64,000 nucleotides of DNA from SAR202 cluster bacterium Io17-Chloro-G4 (GCA_002816455.1 MUCR01000018.1:1855-65854), one strand, 5' to 3'. Positions 45,455 through 55,098 are shown, counted from the stretch's first letter. Notes: generated by a model not told the origin, from the sequence alone. Made by a program: numbers and translations.

Positions 45455-46681
45455 ATGCTCAGTCCCTACACAGTATTGGACCTGACGGATGAAAAAGGCG
45501 AGTTGGCCAGCATGGTGCTGGGCGACTTGGGCGCGGACGTAATCAAGGTGGAGCCGCCCGGTGGCTCGCCGAGCCGGGCCATGGGGCCATATTTGGAACA
45601 CGCTCCAGAGGCGGAACGTAGCCTCCAATACTTTGCTTTCAACCGAAACAAACGTAGCGTAACTCTGGACCTGGAAACGGAAACGGGGCGCACCGCATTG
45701 TTCTCTTTGGTGGAAAAAGCCGATTTCATCATCGAGTCGGCCCAGGCGGGGGCGATGGCCGGGAAGGGGCTGGGATTTGAAGCCATGCGGCAAGCGAATC
45801 CCCGTATCGTTTACGTGGCTATAACACCATTTGGGCAAGATGGGCCTCATGCGAATTTCCCCGCCAGCGACCTGACTGTTGCCGCAATGGGCGGCCCCAT
45901 GAGCCTGCAGGGGGTTCCAGACCGCGCTCCCGTGCGATTGTCCCTGCCCCAAGCTTGGCTACATGCTTCGGTGGAAGCATCAGTCGGAGCTTTGACCGCC
46001 CACGCCCTGATGCTACGCACTAACCAAGCCCAATTTGTGGATGTGTCCGCTCAGACTGCCATGATTTGGACCATGATGCAGGGGATGTCAGCTCACTCGG
46101 TCCAAGGCCGGGACTTCAACCGGAGCGGCAACACAATCCAGTTGGGAACGGTCAACCTCCGTTTGGTCCACGAATGCGCTGACGGCTACGTGGTGATATT
46201 TCCCATTGGGGGCGCCCTGTTTAAGCTAGTCGAATGGTGCGTTCAGGATGGCATTATTCCCGAAGATTGGCTCACTGCCGAAGATTGGCCCATGTACCAT
46301 TTCAAAGTGCTCCAACAGCAACCGGTGGCCCATACGATTGACGAAGTTTTGGAAACTGTCAGCGCCTATGTTCGGGACAAAACTAAAAACCAATTGCTAG
46401 AGCATGGTCTCGCCGAGGGAGTGTCCATGGCTCCGGTGAGCAACATGGAAGATTTGACCCGATTCCGTCACTTGGAGGAGCGCGGTTATTGGCTTACGGC
46501 CCCGTTGCCCAATGGAAGCGAAGCCCAAGTGCCGGGCATTTTCGCCAACCTCACCGGAACGCCTTTGAGTGTACGCCGTTGGCCCCCCAAACTGGGTGAG
46601 CACACCGACGAAGTATTGGGGGACCTATTAGGGCTGTCGTCAAGCCAGATCGCGGACGCGTCTGGCCATGGGCCAGGTTAA
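45455..46681 (+). CDS. family III CoA-transferase, subunit type A (copy 2)
   Basis: Collinear with 42962..44185. GQDGPHANFPASDLTVAAMGG. Confidence 0.85.
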   Translation: MLSPYTVLDLTDEKGELASMVLGDLGADVIKVEPPGGSPSRAMGPYLEHAPEAERSLQYFAFNRNKRSVTLDLETETGRTALFSLVEKADFIIESAQAGAMAGKGLGFEAMRQANPRIVYVAITPFGQDGPHANFPASDLTVAAMGGPMSLQGVPDRAPVRLSLPQAWLHASVEASVGALTAHALMLRTNQAQFVDVSAQTAMIWTMMQGMSAHSVQGRDFNRSGNTIQLGTVNLRLVHECADGYVVIFPIGGALFKLVEWCVQDGIIPEDWLTAEDWPMYHFKVLQQQPVAHTIDEVLETVSAYVRDKTKNQLLEHGLAEGVSMAPVSNMEDLTRFRHLEERGYWLTAPLPNGSEAQVPGIFANLTGTPLSVRRWPPKLGEHTDEVLGDLLGLSSSQIADASGHGPG

Positions 46682-46698
46682 TACGATTCTCTCATTAT

Positions 46699-46815
46699 GT
46701 CATTCTGAAAGAGCGCAGCGACAGAAGCTCCCCCGATGGCATCGGGGCGAGTCCTCGACAACGTCGGGAAATCTCGTGTGTTTAGCATCAGATCCTTCAC
46801 TTCACACAGAATGAC
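46699..46815. mobile_element. MITE-like about 117-bp insertion between A2 and B2
   Basis: Terminal inverted repeats GTCATTCTG (46699..46707) and CAGAATGAC (46807..46815), with an internal hairpin CCCCGAT-GGC-ATCGGGG. The A1-B1 junction has only a 3-nt spacer. Confidence 0.55.
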
Positions 46816-46873
46816 ACTCCGTAAATGGAGAGTACCAAATTTGAGGCCGTCTAAGACAAGAGTAGAGGTTTAG

Positions 46874-48094
46874 ATGCCGGATACGCTGCCGTTTGAAGGG
46901 TTAAAAATCGCCGACTTTTCGTGGGTCGGAGTGGGTCCCATTACCACCAAATACCTGGCCGACCACGGGGCAACCGTAGTGCGGGTGGAGACTACCAGCC
47001 CTCTGGATATTCTACGGGTCGCCGGCCCCTTCAAAGACAGTGTGCCGGGCCCAAACCGCAGCCAGTTCTTCGCCGACTACAATACTTCCAAATACGGAAT
47101 CACCTTAGACCTAAAAAACGCAGCCGCAGTCGAGGTGGCTCACCGCCTGATTGCCTGGGCCGATGTTCTTGCTGAGAGTTTTACCCCCGGCACCGTGGAC
47201 AGCCTGGGCATCGGGTACGAAACCGCTCGTGCCATTAACCCTTCAATAATAATGGCCAGCACTTGCTTGATGGGGCAGACCGGCCCCGCCGCTAGCTTTG
47301 CCGGCTTCGGATTTCATGCCGGTTCCATCGCTGGCTATTATGAGATCACCGGATGGCCCGACCTTCCACCGGACGGTCCTTGGACCGCCTACACCGACAC
47401 GGTATCACCTCGATTTTTAGCCGCGATATTAATGGCCGCTCTGGACCACCGGCGTAGAACCGGTGAAGGCCAACACATCGATGCTGCTCAGTTGGAGATG
47501 AGCCTTCACTTCCTTGCGCCTCAATTGATTGATTACAACGTCAGCGGACGGTCGATCACCCGAAACGGCAACCGTTCCGAGTTTATGGCGCCTCACGGGG
47601 CTTTTCCTTGCCAAGGTGAGGACCAATGGTGCGCCGTGGCCGTGGAAAACGACCAGCAATGGGCTGGGCTGCAAAGGGCCATGGGTGAGCCTGACTGGGC
47701 CAAAGACCAGAGATTCGCCCATGTGGAGGGCCGTCTAGCAAACCAGGACGAAATAGAAAGCAAGCTAGGCGAGTGGACAAAGTCCATGCCGCCGAAAGCG
47801 GTTATGGAAGCTTTGCATGGGCAAGGCGTTCCAGCCGGCATCGTTCAGCGGAGCAGTGACCTGCAGCAAGACCCTCAATTGGCTCACCGAGGGTTTTTCC
47901 GGGACCTGGACCACCAAGAAATGGGCACCGTACCTTACGCTGGCCACCAGTTCCGCATCAGCGGCTACGACAGCGCCCCCAGGTCAGCGGCGCCTGTGCT
48001 GGGCCAGCACAACGACGAGGTGCTGCGGGATATCTTGGAAATGACCGAGGAAGAGATTACCGAAGCCATAATTGCCGGAGCCTTGGGCGGCTAA
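46874..48094 (+). CDS. family III CoA-transferase-like, subunit type B (copy 2, Asp replaced by Gly)
   Basis: Collinear with 44189..45412. GQTGPAASFAGFGFHAGSIAG. Confidence 0.85.
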   Translation: MPDTLPFEGLKIADFSWVGVGPITTKYLADHGATVVRVETTSPLDILRVAGPFKDSVPGPNRSQFFADYNTSKYGITLDLKNAAAVEVAHRLIAWADVLAESFTPGTVDSLGIGYETARAINPSIIMASTCLMGQTGPAASFAGFGFHAGSIAGYYEITGWPDLPPDGPWTAYTDTVSPRFLAAILMAALDHRRRTGEGQHIDAAQLEMSLHFLAPQLIDYNVSGRSITRNGNRSEFMAPHGAFPCQGEDQWCAVAVENDQQWAGLQRAMGEPDWAKDQRFAHVEGRLANQDEIESKLGEWTKSMPPKAVMEALHGQGVPAGIVQRSSDLQQDPQLAHRGFFRDLDHQEMGTVPYAGHQFRISGYDSAPRSAAPVLGQHNDEVLRDILEMTEEEITEAIIAGALGG

Positions 48095-48097
48095 GCC

Positions 48098-49303
48098 TTA
48101 CTCTTCTCCGAAGAAACGCCGTTTTGTATTTTCATCCATCGCTGGGAGGGGCCCGCTGAGCAGCACGTCCAACTGCCGGGTTCGGTCTTCTCTCCAAGCC
48201 GCAAAGGCCTTTGCCCGGCGAGCGTCCGCCTTCTGTCCGGTTTCCATTAATAAATCGGTTTCCCAAAGCTCGACGTCGTGTAAGACCTTGTAGTACCGGT
48301 CACGCTCTTCAGCATAGGCGTTGCCCGCCCCTTCCCAGTCGTTATGCTGCAGCAGCGCATCCCGTAGAACACGTACATCCCTCAGGGTCAGCGACAATCC
48401 CTGTCCCCAAGTTGGGTCTGGTGCGCCTCCCGCTGCGCCGATCAGAGCGATGCCATTGCGATAAGGATGGTCCACCCAAGAGGCCGCTCCGTCGAAGGTC
48501 GCCAGCGGTCCCGACGGCTTGGCATTGGCATAGCAGGATTCGGGCATACCCGCTTTAATGGACTCTTCAATAAAACGGGGCACGTCCTCTTCGCCGGTCA
48601 ATCGAAATCCGGCCGCTTCCCCGTAACAAACGTAACCCCTAACCCGGCCGCCGCCTTGGGGAAAAATCAATACCCAAAGACCCAGTTCGGGATTTAGCCA
48701 AGCGTGGGAAGTGTCATCGGCGACTGGGACATCGTCCAACAAGAGACCCGCCACCAGCGTATGGCCGGGGTCCCGCTGAACGTCAAAGCCAGCCCATCTC
48801 CGAAAAGGCGTATCGCGCCCGTCAGCGCCGACGACCAACCGCGCCCGAAACTCAGTGTCGCATCCATCTACCTCGGCCACCACCTTTGGCGACCCATCAG
48901 TCTGGACGCCAACCACCCTTACGCCTCGCCGGATTTCCGCTCCGGCGTCAGCAGCTGCCTGCATCAAGCATTCTTGAACAGTTGGGTGATAGAAAGCAGT
49001 CACTGCCTCTTTAGGGGTAGTGGTGGCGGTCAGGTCGCGGTGGCTTGTCCTCTCAGAACCCTGGTAGCCGTCCCACCAGGGCAGGTCGCGTCCTCCGGAA
49101 GCCATGATGCAATCATATATCCCCAATTCCTTAGCTTCCGCCGTGCCCCAAGGCATAATGGCCTCACCCCGTACTCTATCTCTGAATACGGAGTCCCGTT
49201 CCAAGACGAGCACTTTTGCGCCCTGCTCAGCCATGGCCTTGGCAAGGGAAGAGCCAGCAATCCCTCCGCCAACAGTGATGATGTCATAGGTTACGGTAAC
49301 CAC
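48098..49303 (-). CDS. FAD-dependent monooxygenase (aromatic-ring hydroxylase/UbiH-like)
   Basis: GTG start. Motifs DIITVGGGIAGSSLA and ALIGAAGGAPDPTWGQG. Confidence 0.85.
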   Translation of the reverse strand: MVTVTYDIITVGGGIAGSSLAKAMAEQGAKVLVLERDSVFRDRVRGEAIMPWGTAEAKELGIYDCIMASGGRDLPWWDGYQGSERTSHRDLTATTTPKEAVTAFYHPTVQECLMQAAADAGAEIRRGVRVVGVQTDGSPKVVAEVDGCDTEFRARLVVGADGRDTPFRRWAGFDVQRDPGHTLVAGLLLDDVPVADDTSHAWLNPELGLWVLIFPQGGGRVRGYVCYGEAAGFRLTGEEDVPRFIEESIKAGMPESCYANAKPSGPLATFDGAASWVDHPYRNGIALIGAAGGAPDPTWGQGLSLTLRDVRVLRDALLQHNDWEGAGNAYAEERDRYYKVLHDVELWETDLLMETGQKADARRAKAFAAWREDRTRQLDVLLSGPLPAMDENTKRRFFGEE

Positions 49304-49339
49304 AGGTCACCTTCTCAGAGATCGCCGTTATGCACGTCC

Positions 49340-49368
49340 GTAGGGGCGGGTTTGAAACCCGCCCCTAC
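49340..49368. repeat. perfect GC-rich palindromic hairpin GTAGGGGCGGGTTTGAAACCCGCCCCTAC
   Basis: Same GTAGGGGC...GCCCCTAC family as 9843..9930. Overlaps the stop codon of the upstream gene. Confidence 0.6.
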
Positions 49369-49685
49369 TCTTTGTCAATTTCCATGCCGTGTTCAGTAAG
49401 CTTCCGTCGGGCTTCTTCAAGCTCCCGTTTTGTAAAGAGCAGCGCGTATCTAGGCATCGCTACATGCGCTTCCAACTTAAGGTCCAATGTAAGGTCCAAC
49501 CTGCCTTGCTGCCACAATTCTGTGAACCCTCGCTGCAACTCATTGTGTAGAAGCTCCTTGGCCGCATTGACCCCTCTAAGTCGACCAACCATTTCGAAAA
49601 ACCACCTAGGATTGCATGCGCGACATTCAGAGACAACCCGGTGATACATTTCTAATAGTTTGTCGTGGAACTCGTCCCCCGGCAT
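49365..49685 (-). CDS. hypothetical protein
   Basis: 106-aa ORF with helical composition (GFTELWQQGRLDLTLD...FTKRELEEARRKLTEHG). No family recognised. Confidence 0.55.
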   Translation of the reverse strand: MPGDEFHDKLLEMYHRVVSECRACNPRWFFEMVGRLRGVNAAKELLHNELQRGFTELWQQGRLDLTLDLKLEAHVAMPRYALLFTKRELEEARRKLTEHGMEIDKE

Positions 49686-49696
49686 TATCAGCCAGC

Positions 49697-50218
49697 CTAG
49701 AGCACTTTAGCTCCCAAGATTTTTTCCAGGTGCTCCAATGCCCAACGGTGAGCTTCATTGTCGAATGACGCCACGCACCCTGCGGGCACCTCCACGGGGT
49801 AGTCCCGGTTGCGAGCATCGGACGTAGTGTGCATGACGCAGATATCTGTGCAGACGCCACAGACGACCAGTTTGCCGGGTTGGAGTAGCTCCAAGCGCCG
49901 CTCAAGGTCTGTATTGAAGAACCCGCTATAGCGGTTCTTGGGTACCACGTTGTCTCCGGTCACGAACTGGGAAAGTTCGGGAATCACATTGGGCTCTTCG
50001 GTCCCTTTGACACAGTGGACCGGGAATATCTGGAACTCCAAATCGTCTGGATCGTGGTGGTCGGAAATAAACAAAACGTGAGACCCGGCCTGGGTCTCAC
50101 GTTTTAGCAAATCAAGCACATTGGGAACGATTTTCCGGGCTTCGTCACCGCAATACAGGTTGTGCCCCGGCTCCAAAAAGCCCCGCACCATGTCGATTAC
50201 CAGCACCACGTTGGCCAT
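49697..50218 (-). CDS. isochorismatase-family cysteine hydrolase (nicotinamidase-like)
   Basis: Motifs VVLVIDMVRGF and LVVCGVCTDICV. Confidence 0.85.
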   Translation of the reverse strand: MANVVLVIDMVRGFLEPGHNLYCGDEARKIVPNVLDLLKRETQAGSHVLFISDHHDPDDLEFQIFPVHCVKGTEEPNVIPELSQFVTGDNVVPKNRYSGFFNTDLERRLELLQPGKLVVCGVCTDICVMHTTSDARNRDYPVEVPAGCVASFDNEAHRWALEHLEKILGAKVL

Positions 50219-50268
50219 GATTGACCCCGCCGGTTAGTTTAGCTCTTGCGTTCAAGAAATTCGGCCGC

Positions 50269-51165
50269 TTAAAACAGATACAAAACTGCCTGAGTTTCCG
50301 CAGTGTAAGAAGCGTCCTTGGACAGCATGGCGTCCAAGCCCACGATGTTAAAGCACTCTTCCACGTTTACCATATTGTCCAAGAGGTGGGATGTAGTCCC
50401 TTTCTGCTTTAGCTCTTGCATCACGTCTGTAACCACCCGGCAGACGGTGAGCAGGGCGCTGACCGGGAAGATGACGATTTTGAACCCCAGTTTTTCCAGT
50501 TCGGAAGCGGGTATTAGCGGTGATTTTCCGGTTTCCACGTAGTTATAAAGCAGCGGCACACCCAAACTCTTGGTAGCCCGCTCGGCCTCTTCAGGGGTTC
50601 GCAAGGCCTCGACAAACAGCACGTCGGCGCCCGCCTTTATGTAATCATCGCAGCGTCGCATGGAATCGTCCCAACCGGTCACCGCCAAAGCGTCGGTGCG
50701 CACGATGATCGTGAAATCGGGGTCGGTGCGAGCGTCAACGGCGGCCCGGATTTTCTGCACCATGTCTTCGACTGGAATTACCCGTTTGCCATCCAAGTGA
50801 CCGCACCGCTTGGGAAACTCTTGGTCTTCGATATGGATGGCTGCAACACCAGAGCGTTCGTATTGGCGCACCGTGCGCTGCACGTTGAGGATACCCCCGT
50901 AGCCCGTGTCGGCGTCGGCGATAACCGGGACATCGACCACGCTGGCAATTTCAGCGGCATTGCCCAGCATCTCCGACATGGTGGCGAGGGCTAAATCAGG
51001 GTAGCCCAGGCGGGCCACCGAGGTGCCGGCGCCGGTCATGTAGACGGCGGAAAACCCGGTGTTTTGGATAATCGTGGCCGTCAGGCAGTCATATGCCCCC
51101 GGCGCAACAATGATTCCCGGCTGGGACAATAATTTCTTTAAATTTGCTGTGGCAATAAAGGCCAT
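50269..51165 (-). CDS. isocitrate lyase/PEP mutase family enzyme (2-methylisocitrate lyase / carboxyvinyl-carboxyphosphonate phosphorylmutase-like)
   Basis: Motifs GAYDCLTATI, ADADTGYG and IHIEDQEFPKRCGHLDGK. GGAGGA RBS. Confidence 0.85.
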   Translation of the reverse strand: MAFIATANLKKLLSQPGIIVAPGAYDCLTATIIQNTGFSAVYMTGAGTSVARLGYPDLALATMSEMLGNAAEIASVVDVPVIADADTGYGGILNVQRTVRQYERSGVAAIHIEDQEFPKRCGHLDGKRVIPVEDMVQKIRAAVDARTDPDFTIIVRTDALAVTGWDDSMRRCDDYIKAGADVLFVEALRTPEEAERATKSLGVPLLYNYVETGKSPLIPASELEKLGFKIVIFPVSALLTVCRVVTDVMQELKQKGTTSHLLDNMVNVEECFNIVGLDAMLSKDASYTAETQAVLYLF

Positions 51166-51259
51166 GTCTTCCTCCAGTTAGGCGGCGTCGGATTTTAATT
51201 ACTGGTAGACAAATGGTCCCAAGCTGTTATGTCGATTATAATATATTTTACGGCTCAAG

Positions 51260-51547
51260 TTAGAGATTGAGTTTGGCTTTGACTTCTTCCCAAGAGCGGG
51301 TCCGTCCTTCCTCAATGTCCTTCATACCCTTTCGAATCTGGTCTACCAACTCCGAGTCAGACAATATAGCGATTGTCTCCGAAAGCGACTCGAACAAGTC
51401 CCAAGTCATAATCGCCAGAACAGGCTTGCCGTGGCGGGTCAATGGAACCACCCCTTGACCTTCGCCAAGCATCTCAGGGAAATGGGTCAAGACAGCCCGA
51501 GCGTCGGTTAGGGAAACCCCATCTTGCATGTCAAATATAGTGGCCAT
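51260..51547 (-). CDS. Phd/YefM-family antitoxin
   Basis: LTDARAVLTHFPEML...VPLTRHGKPVLAIMTWDLFESL. Confidence 0.8.
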   Translation of the reverse strand: MATIFDMQDGVSLTDARAVLTHFPEMLGEGQGVVPLTRHGKPVLAIMTWDLFESLSETIAILSDSELVDQIRKGMKDIEEGRTRSWEEVKAKLNL

Positions 51548-51569
51548 GATTCATCCCTGCCTATTCTGT

Positions 51570-51878
51570 TCAGAGCAATCCTAGTCTGGCAAGTCGCTCA
51601 GCCAAGACGTACACGTCGTTTCGGTCCCCCGCTCGCCTGAGTCCCACTGCTACAACAATCACTACTGTTTCGTCAATCCGATAGATTATTCGATATCGCT
51701 GACCCACTGCCCGACAACTTCGCCTTCCAGTCAACTCTCCACCAAGTGGTCGGCCCTGCCTGTCAGGTTCATTCGCCAACCGATCAATGCGTGATGCCAA
51801 GAGTCTGCGAATTCTACGGTCACGCATGCCGGTTAGCATCTGAGCTGCGGTGTCCGTAATTTCGACTGAATAATCCAT
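51570..51878 (-). CDS. RelE/ParE-family toxin
   Basis: LANEPDRQGRPLGGELTGRRSCRVGQRYRIIYRIDETVVIVVAVGLR-type pattern. Lies upstream of its antitoxin. Confidence 0.8.
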   Translation of the reverse strand: MDYSVEITDTAAQMLTGMRDRRIRRLLASRIDRLANEPDRQGRPLGGELTGRRSCRAVGQRYRIIYRIDETVVIVVAVGLRRAGDRNDVYVLAERLARLGLL

Positions 51879-52099
51879 CAGTTATGTACCAGTTACTGTA
51901 CAGAATTAATTGAGCGTTTTCAAGCGTCTGGATGATTTAATCGTGAGTTAAAAGGGAGCAGAAAATATACAGAAATTACTCTATGACTACTCAACGCAAC
52001 AAGCGGTATAGAGCAAGATATGAGCGTGTGACACATCAGAATAGGAAAGACTTGGAAGTGGTGTCAGAAAATTGAGTAGAGCAGCGGTCGCGGAAGAAC

Positions 52100-52852
52100 C
52101 TAAGCGATCATGCCGCCGTCTATGGTCAGCACCTGGCCGGTGATGTAACTGGCTCCGTCTCCACAAAGGAAGAGCACTGCCTGGGACACGTCTTCCGCCG
52201 TCCCAAACCGGCCCATGGGTATCCTACCCAGAATCTGTTTCTGGGTCTCTTCGGATAGCTCTTCCACCATGCCGGTAGTGACGAACCCGGGCGCTACTGC
52301 GTTCACGGTCACATTACGGGAGGCGACTTCCCGGGCCACCGCCTTGGTGAAGCCAATCAGGCCCGCTTTTGCGGCGGCATAGTTGGCTTGGCCCGGATTA
52401 CCGCTCAGACCTACCACCGAGGAAATATTAACAATCCGGCCCTTCCGCTGTTTAATCATCTGGGGCATAACAAACTTGGAGCACAGGAAAGTGCCCCGCA
52501 GGTTCACATCCAGCACTTGGTCCCAGTCCTCCAGGTTCATGCGCAACAGCAACCGGTCCCGGTTGATACCGGCATTATTAATTAGGATGTCGATTCGGCT
52601 CCACCGCTCTAAGACCTGGCTGACCACGGCCTCGGCGGAACCTTCTTCGGAGACGTCTCCTTCCACAATCAGGGCTTCCCCTCCACTCTCGGTGATCTTC
52701 TGGACAACTTTTTCGGCGGCTTCCCGGCTGGTGTGGTAGTTAACCCCGACCTTGGCGCCGGCCATAGCAAGGTTAAGGGCGATGGAAGCGCCTATGCCCC
52801 GGGAAGCCCCGGTAACTAGCGCTATTCTTCCGTCTAAATCAGATCCAGTCAT
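52100..52852 (-). CDS. fabG: 3-oxoacyl-[ACP] reductase
   Basis: Motifs TGASRGIG, NNAG and YAAAKAG, ending IDGGMIA. Confidence 0.9.
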   Translation of the reverse strand: MTGSDLDGRIALVTGASRGIGASIALNLAMAGAKVGVNYHTSREAAEKVVQKITESGGEALIVEGDVSEEGSAEAVVSQVLERWSRIDILINNAGINRDRLLLRMNLEDWDQVLDVNLRGTFLCSKFVMPQMIKQRKGRIVNISSVVGLSGNPGQANYAAAKAGLIGFTKAVAREVASRNVTVNAVAPGFVTTGMVEELSEETQKQILGRIPMGRFGTAEDVSQAVLFLCGDGASYITGQVLTIDGGMIA

Positions 52853-52967
52853 AGGGAGAGCCAGTTTGAGAGGCAGATGGAGTCAACCTTGGTCTGGATT
52901 CGCATAGTCACTAACCCTGGGTGGGCTAATAGGGGAATCATGGAGGACATGGTAACAGGTTAAGCGT

Positions 52968-54008
52968 TTAGCTAGGATTGGAGGGTGTCTCTTGCCGGTT
53001 CATTTTCGATAACTCCTCCCGCATGCTTTCGACCATTCCTAAATTTACGTACCTGGTGGCAGTGTTAATGGCGCCGGCCACCTCGCCGCCTTTGCAGGAG
53101 CCATGACCCAGTACAACGGCGCCGTTGACCCCGAATAAAGGACCACCCATGGTCCTGGGAAGGTTCATCATCTGCCACAAAGAAGCAGCGAAGGACCGGA
53201 CATCCTCAGGCGCCATGCGGGACGAGAGCTCCCTTTCCAAGAAGGGGAACAGGGCACTGCCCAAACCCTCGGTGTACTTCATCAAGATATTACCCACAAA
53301 ACCGTCGCATACAATGACGTCTGCTTTCTGGGTAAAAAAGTCCATTCCTTCGACGTTGCCCACAAAATTCAGGTGGCTGTCCGCGAATAATTGATGGCTC
53401 TCTTGCACTTGCTTGTTCCCCTTAGCGGTCTCGGCGCCAACGCTAAGGAGGCCCACCTTGGGATCAGGAATCTCCAGGAACTTGCGTGAGAATACCATGC
53501 CCAATGCAGCAAAATTCAGGAGCATGCCGGGACGGCAATCGATGTTGCTGCCCATGTCCACCAAGACTGTACGGGGAGCCAATCCAAGGAATGGGCCGCC
53601 GATGCAAGGGCGGTCCAGGCCCTCCAGCAATCCCAATGCCAGCACTGCACCGGCCATGGAAGCCCCGGTGGAACCCATGGACACTAGAACGTCCGCTTCA
53701 CCGCTCTTTAGCAATTTGTTAGCTATTAGAATGGACGAATCGGGCTTGCTCCGCATCGCCCGCACCGGATGTTCGTCGTCCCCAATTTTCCCTTCCGAAG
53801 GTACGATGCGCACCGGTTTACCGGCTAAATCGTAATTGGCGAGTTCAGCTTCCACCGAGTCTTTCTCGCCCACCAGAATTACTTCTATATTCCCGGATTC
53901 CAGCGCTCGCATTGCGCCTTTAACCGTCTCCACGGGTCCATAATCTCCGCCCATGGCGTCGAGGACTACCCGTACGGTTGAGCCGTTCTGGTCATTTTCG
54001 GCGGACAT
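52968..54008 (-). CDS. plsX: phosphate acyltransferase
   Basis: Motifs LDAMGGDYGP and VVCDGFVGNILMK. Confidence 0.93.
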   Translation of the reverse strand: MSAENDQNGSTVRVVLDAMGGDYGPVETVKGAMRALESGNIEVILVGEKDSVEAELANYDLAGKPVRIVPSEGKIGDDEHPVRAMRSKPDSSILIANKLLKSGEADVLVSMGSTGASMAGAVLALGLLEGLDRPCIGGPFLGLAPRTVLVDMGSNIDCRPGMLLNFAALGMVFSRKFLEIPDPKVGLLSVGAETAKGNKQVQESHQLFADSHLNFVGNVEGMDFFTQKADVIVCDGFVGNILMKYTEGLGSALFPFLERELSSRMAPEDVRSFAASLWQMMNLPRTMGGPLFGVNGAVVLGHGSCKGGEVAGAINTATRYVNLGMVESMREELSKMNRQETPSNPS

Positions 54009-54060
54009 ACAATTCTTCCTTGAAACCTTTAGCTTGGTACCTTTTACTTGTGCCTGATCC

Positions 54061-54903
54061 TTAATTTAACGCGTTCAACAGCGTGGCTGTGCCGCTAATC
54101 AGAACCTGGCCGCTTTGGCCGGATACGCCTACCGCACACGTCAGGTAATTGCCGCTCGGTCGGGTTTCTTCTTTTTCGATACGGCCGTTAGTCTCAACCG
54201 AGTCCCCAACGTAAGCGGCGCCCTTAAAGCGGACCCGAAGGGCACCGCTCTCTAGCCACGGTCTCTGGAACTCGGAGGCCATCATTTCGGAAACAAAAGC
54301 CAATGTCAACATACCGTGAGCGATAATACCGCCGAATTGTGTTGTTGCGGCGAACTGGGCGTCTAAGTGCAAGGGATTTCGGTCGCCCGATACTTCGGCG
54401 TAGGCGTTTAGTTGGTTTTGGGTAATCGTTTTGGCCACTACTGGCAGCGTTTTGGAAGCGTCTATGGACCTCGAATGCTCTTGCTTACTTCGGCTGTTTT
54501 CTGAGGAGCTATTATCACCGCCGGTCTCTGAAGAATTTTGAGAAGCAGGATCAACCACCAGCACCGTGCTCTTGCTGCTGAGAACATCCGTGCCGGTTTT
54601 GTCGGTGACACAAACGGCTGCTGTGATGAACTCCATACCTCCTCGATGCCTGGGATCTCCCACCGACGCCCTGGCGGTGACTGCTTGCCCGACAGCGACC
54701 GGCTTAATGGCAGCGACGTCCTGGAGGCTGTGGATTGCCCCTGGCGGCAACTCCAAGTGCTCCAAAAGAGAACCTAAAGCACGGGCGGCCAATGCCACCG
54801 GCGGGACCAAGCCGTGGTTGGTGTATAAGGGCAAGCTGTCGCCAACTGCCCCCAAATAATCTTGGACAAATTCTTCAGTTAGTTCCCAGCTACCAAGCTC
54901 CAC
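54061..54903 (-). CDS. double hot-dog MaoC-like (R)-hydratase/dehydratase
   Basis: The C-terminal half has YAEVSGDRNPLHLD...IAHGML. The N-terminal half is a degenerate hot-dog. The two halves are joined by a Ser-rich linker. Confidence 0.8.
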   Translation of the reverse strand: MELGSWELTEEFVQDYLGAVGDSLPLYTNHGLVPPVALAARALGSLLEHLELPPGAIHSLQDVAAIKPVAVGQAVTARASVGDPRHRGGMEFITAAVCVTDKTGTDVLSSKSTVLVVDPASQNSSETGGDNSSSENSRSKQEHSRSIDASKTLPVVAKTITQNQLNAYAEVSGDRNPLHLDAQFAATTQFGGIIAHGMLTLAFVSEMMASEFQRPWLESGALRVRFKGAAYVGDSVETNGRIEKEETRPSGNYLTCAVGVSGQSGQVLISGTATLLNALN

Positions 54904-55098
54904 GGCTTCCCCTTAGCCACACGCTCTGGTTCGTCCGGACATTGGATCATAAGTTCCGGCATCGGGCTTTTAACATCTTTTATAGCATTACTTGGGGTCG
55001 AACAACGGTAGATTATATCCACCCATATCTTCAAGTAGCAACATGCAGTTCAACCGCATTAGGCCAGAATTCTCGGGCGATTCGGCAGGCCATAAAAC

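Noticed and set aside
45428-49399. Antisense ORFs 45428..45952 (-) and 48704..49399 (+)
   Set aside because: They lie opposite CoA-transferase A2 and the FAD monooxygenase, and are shadow ORFs.
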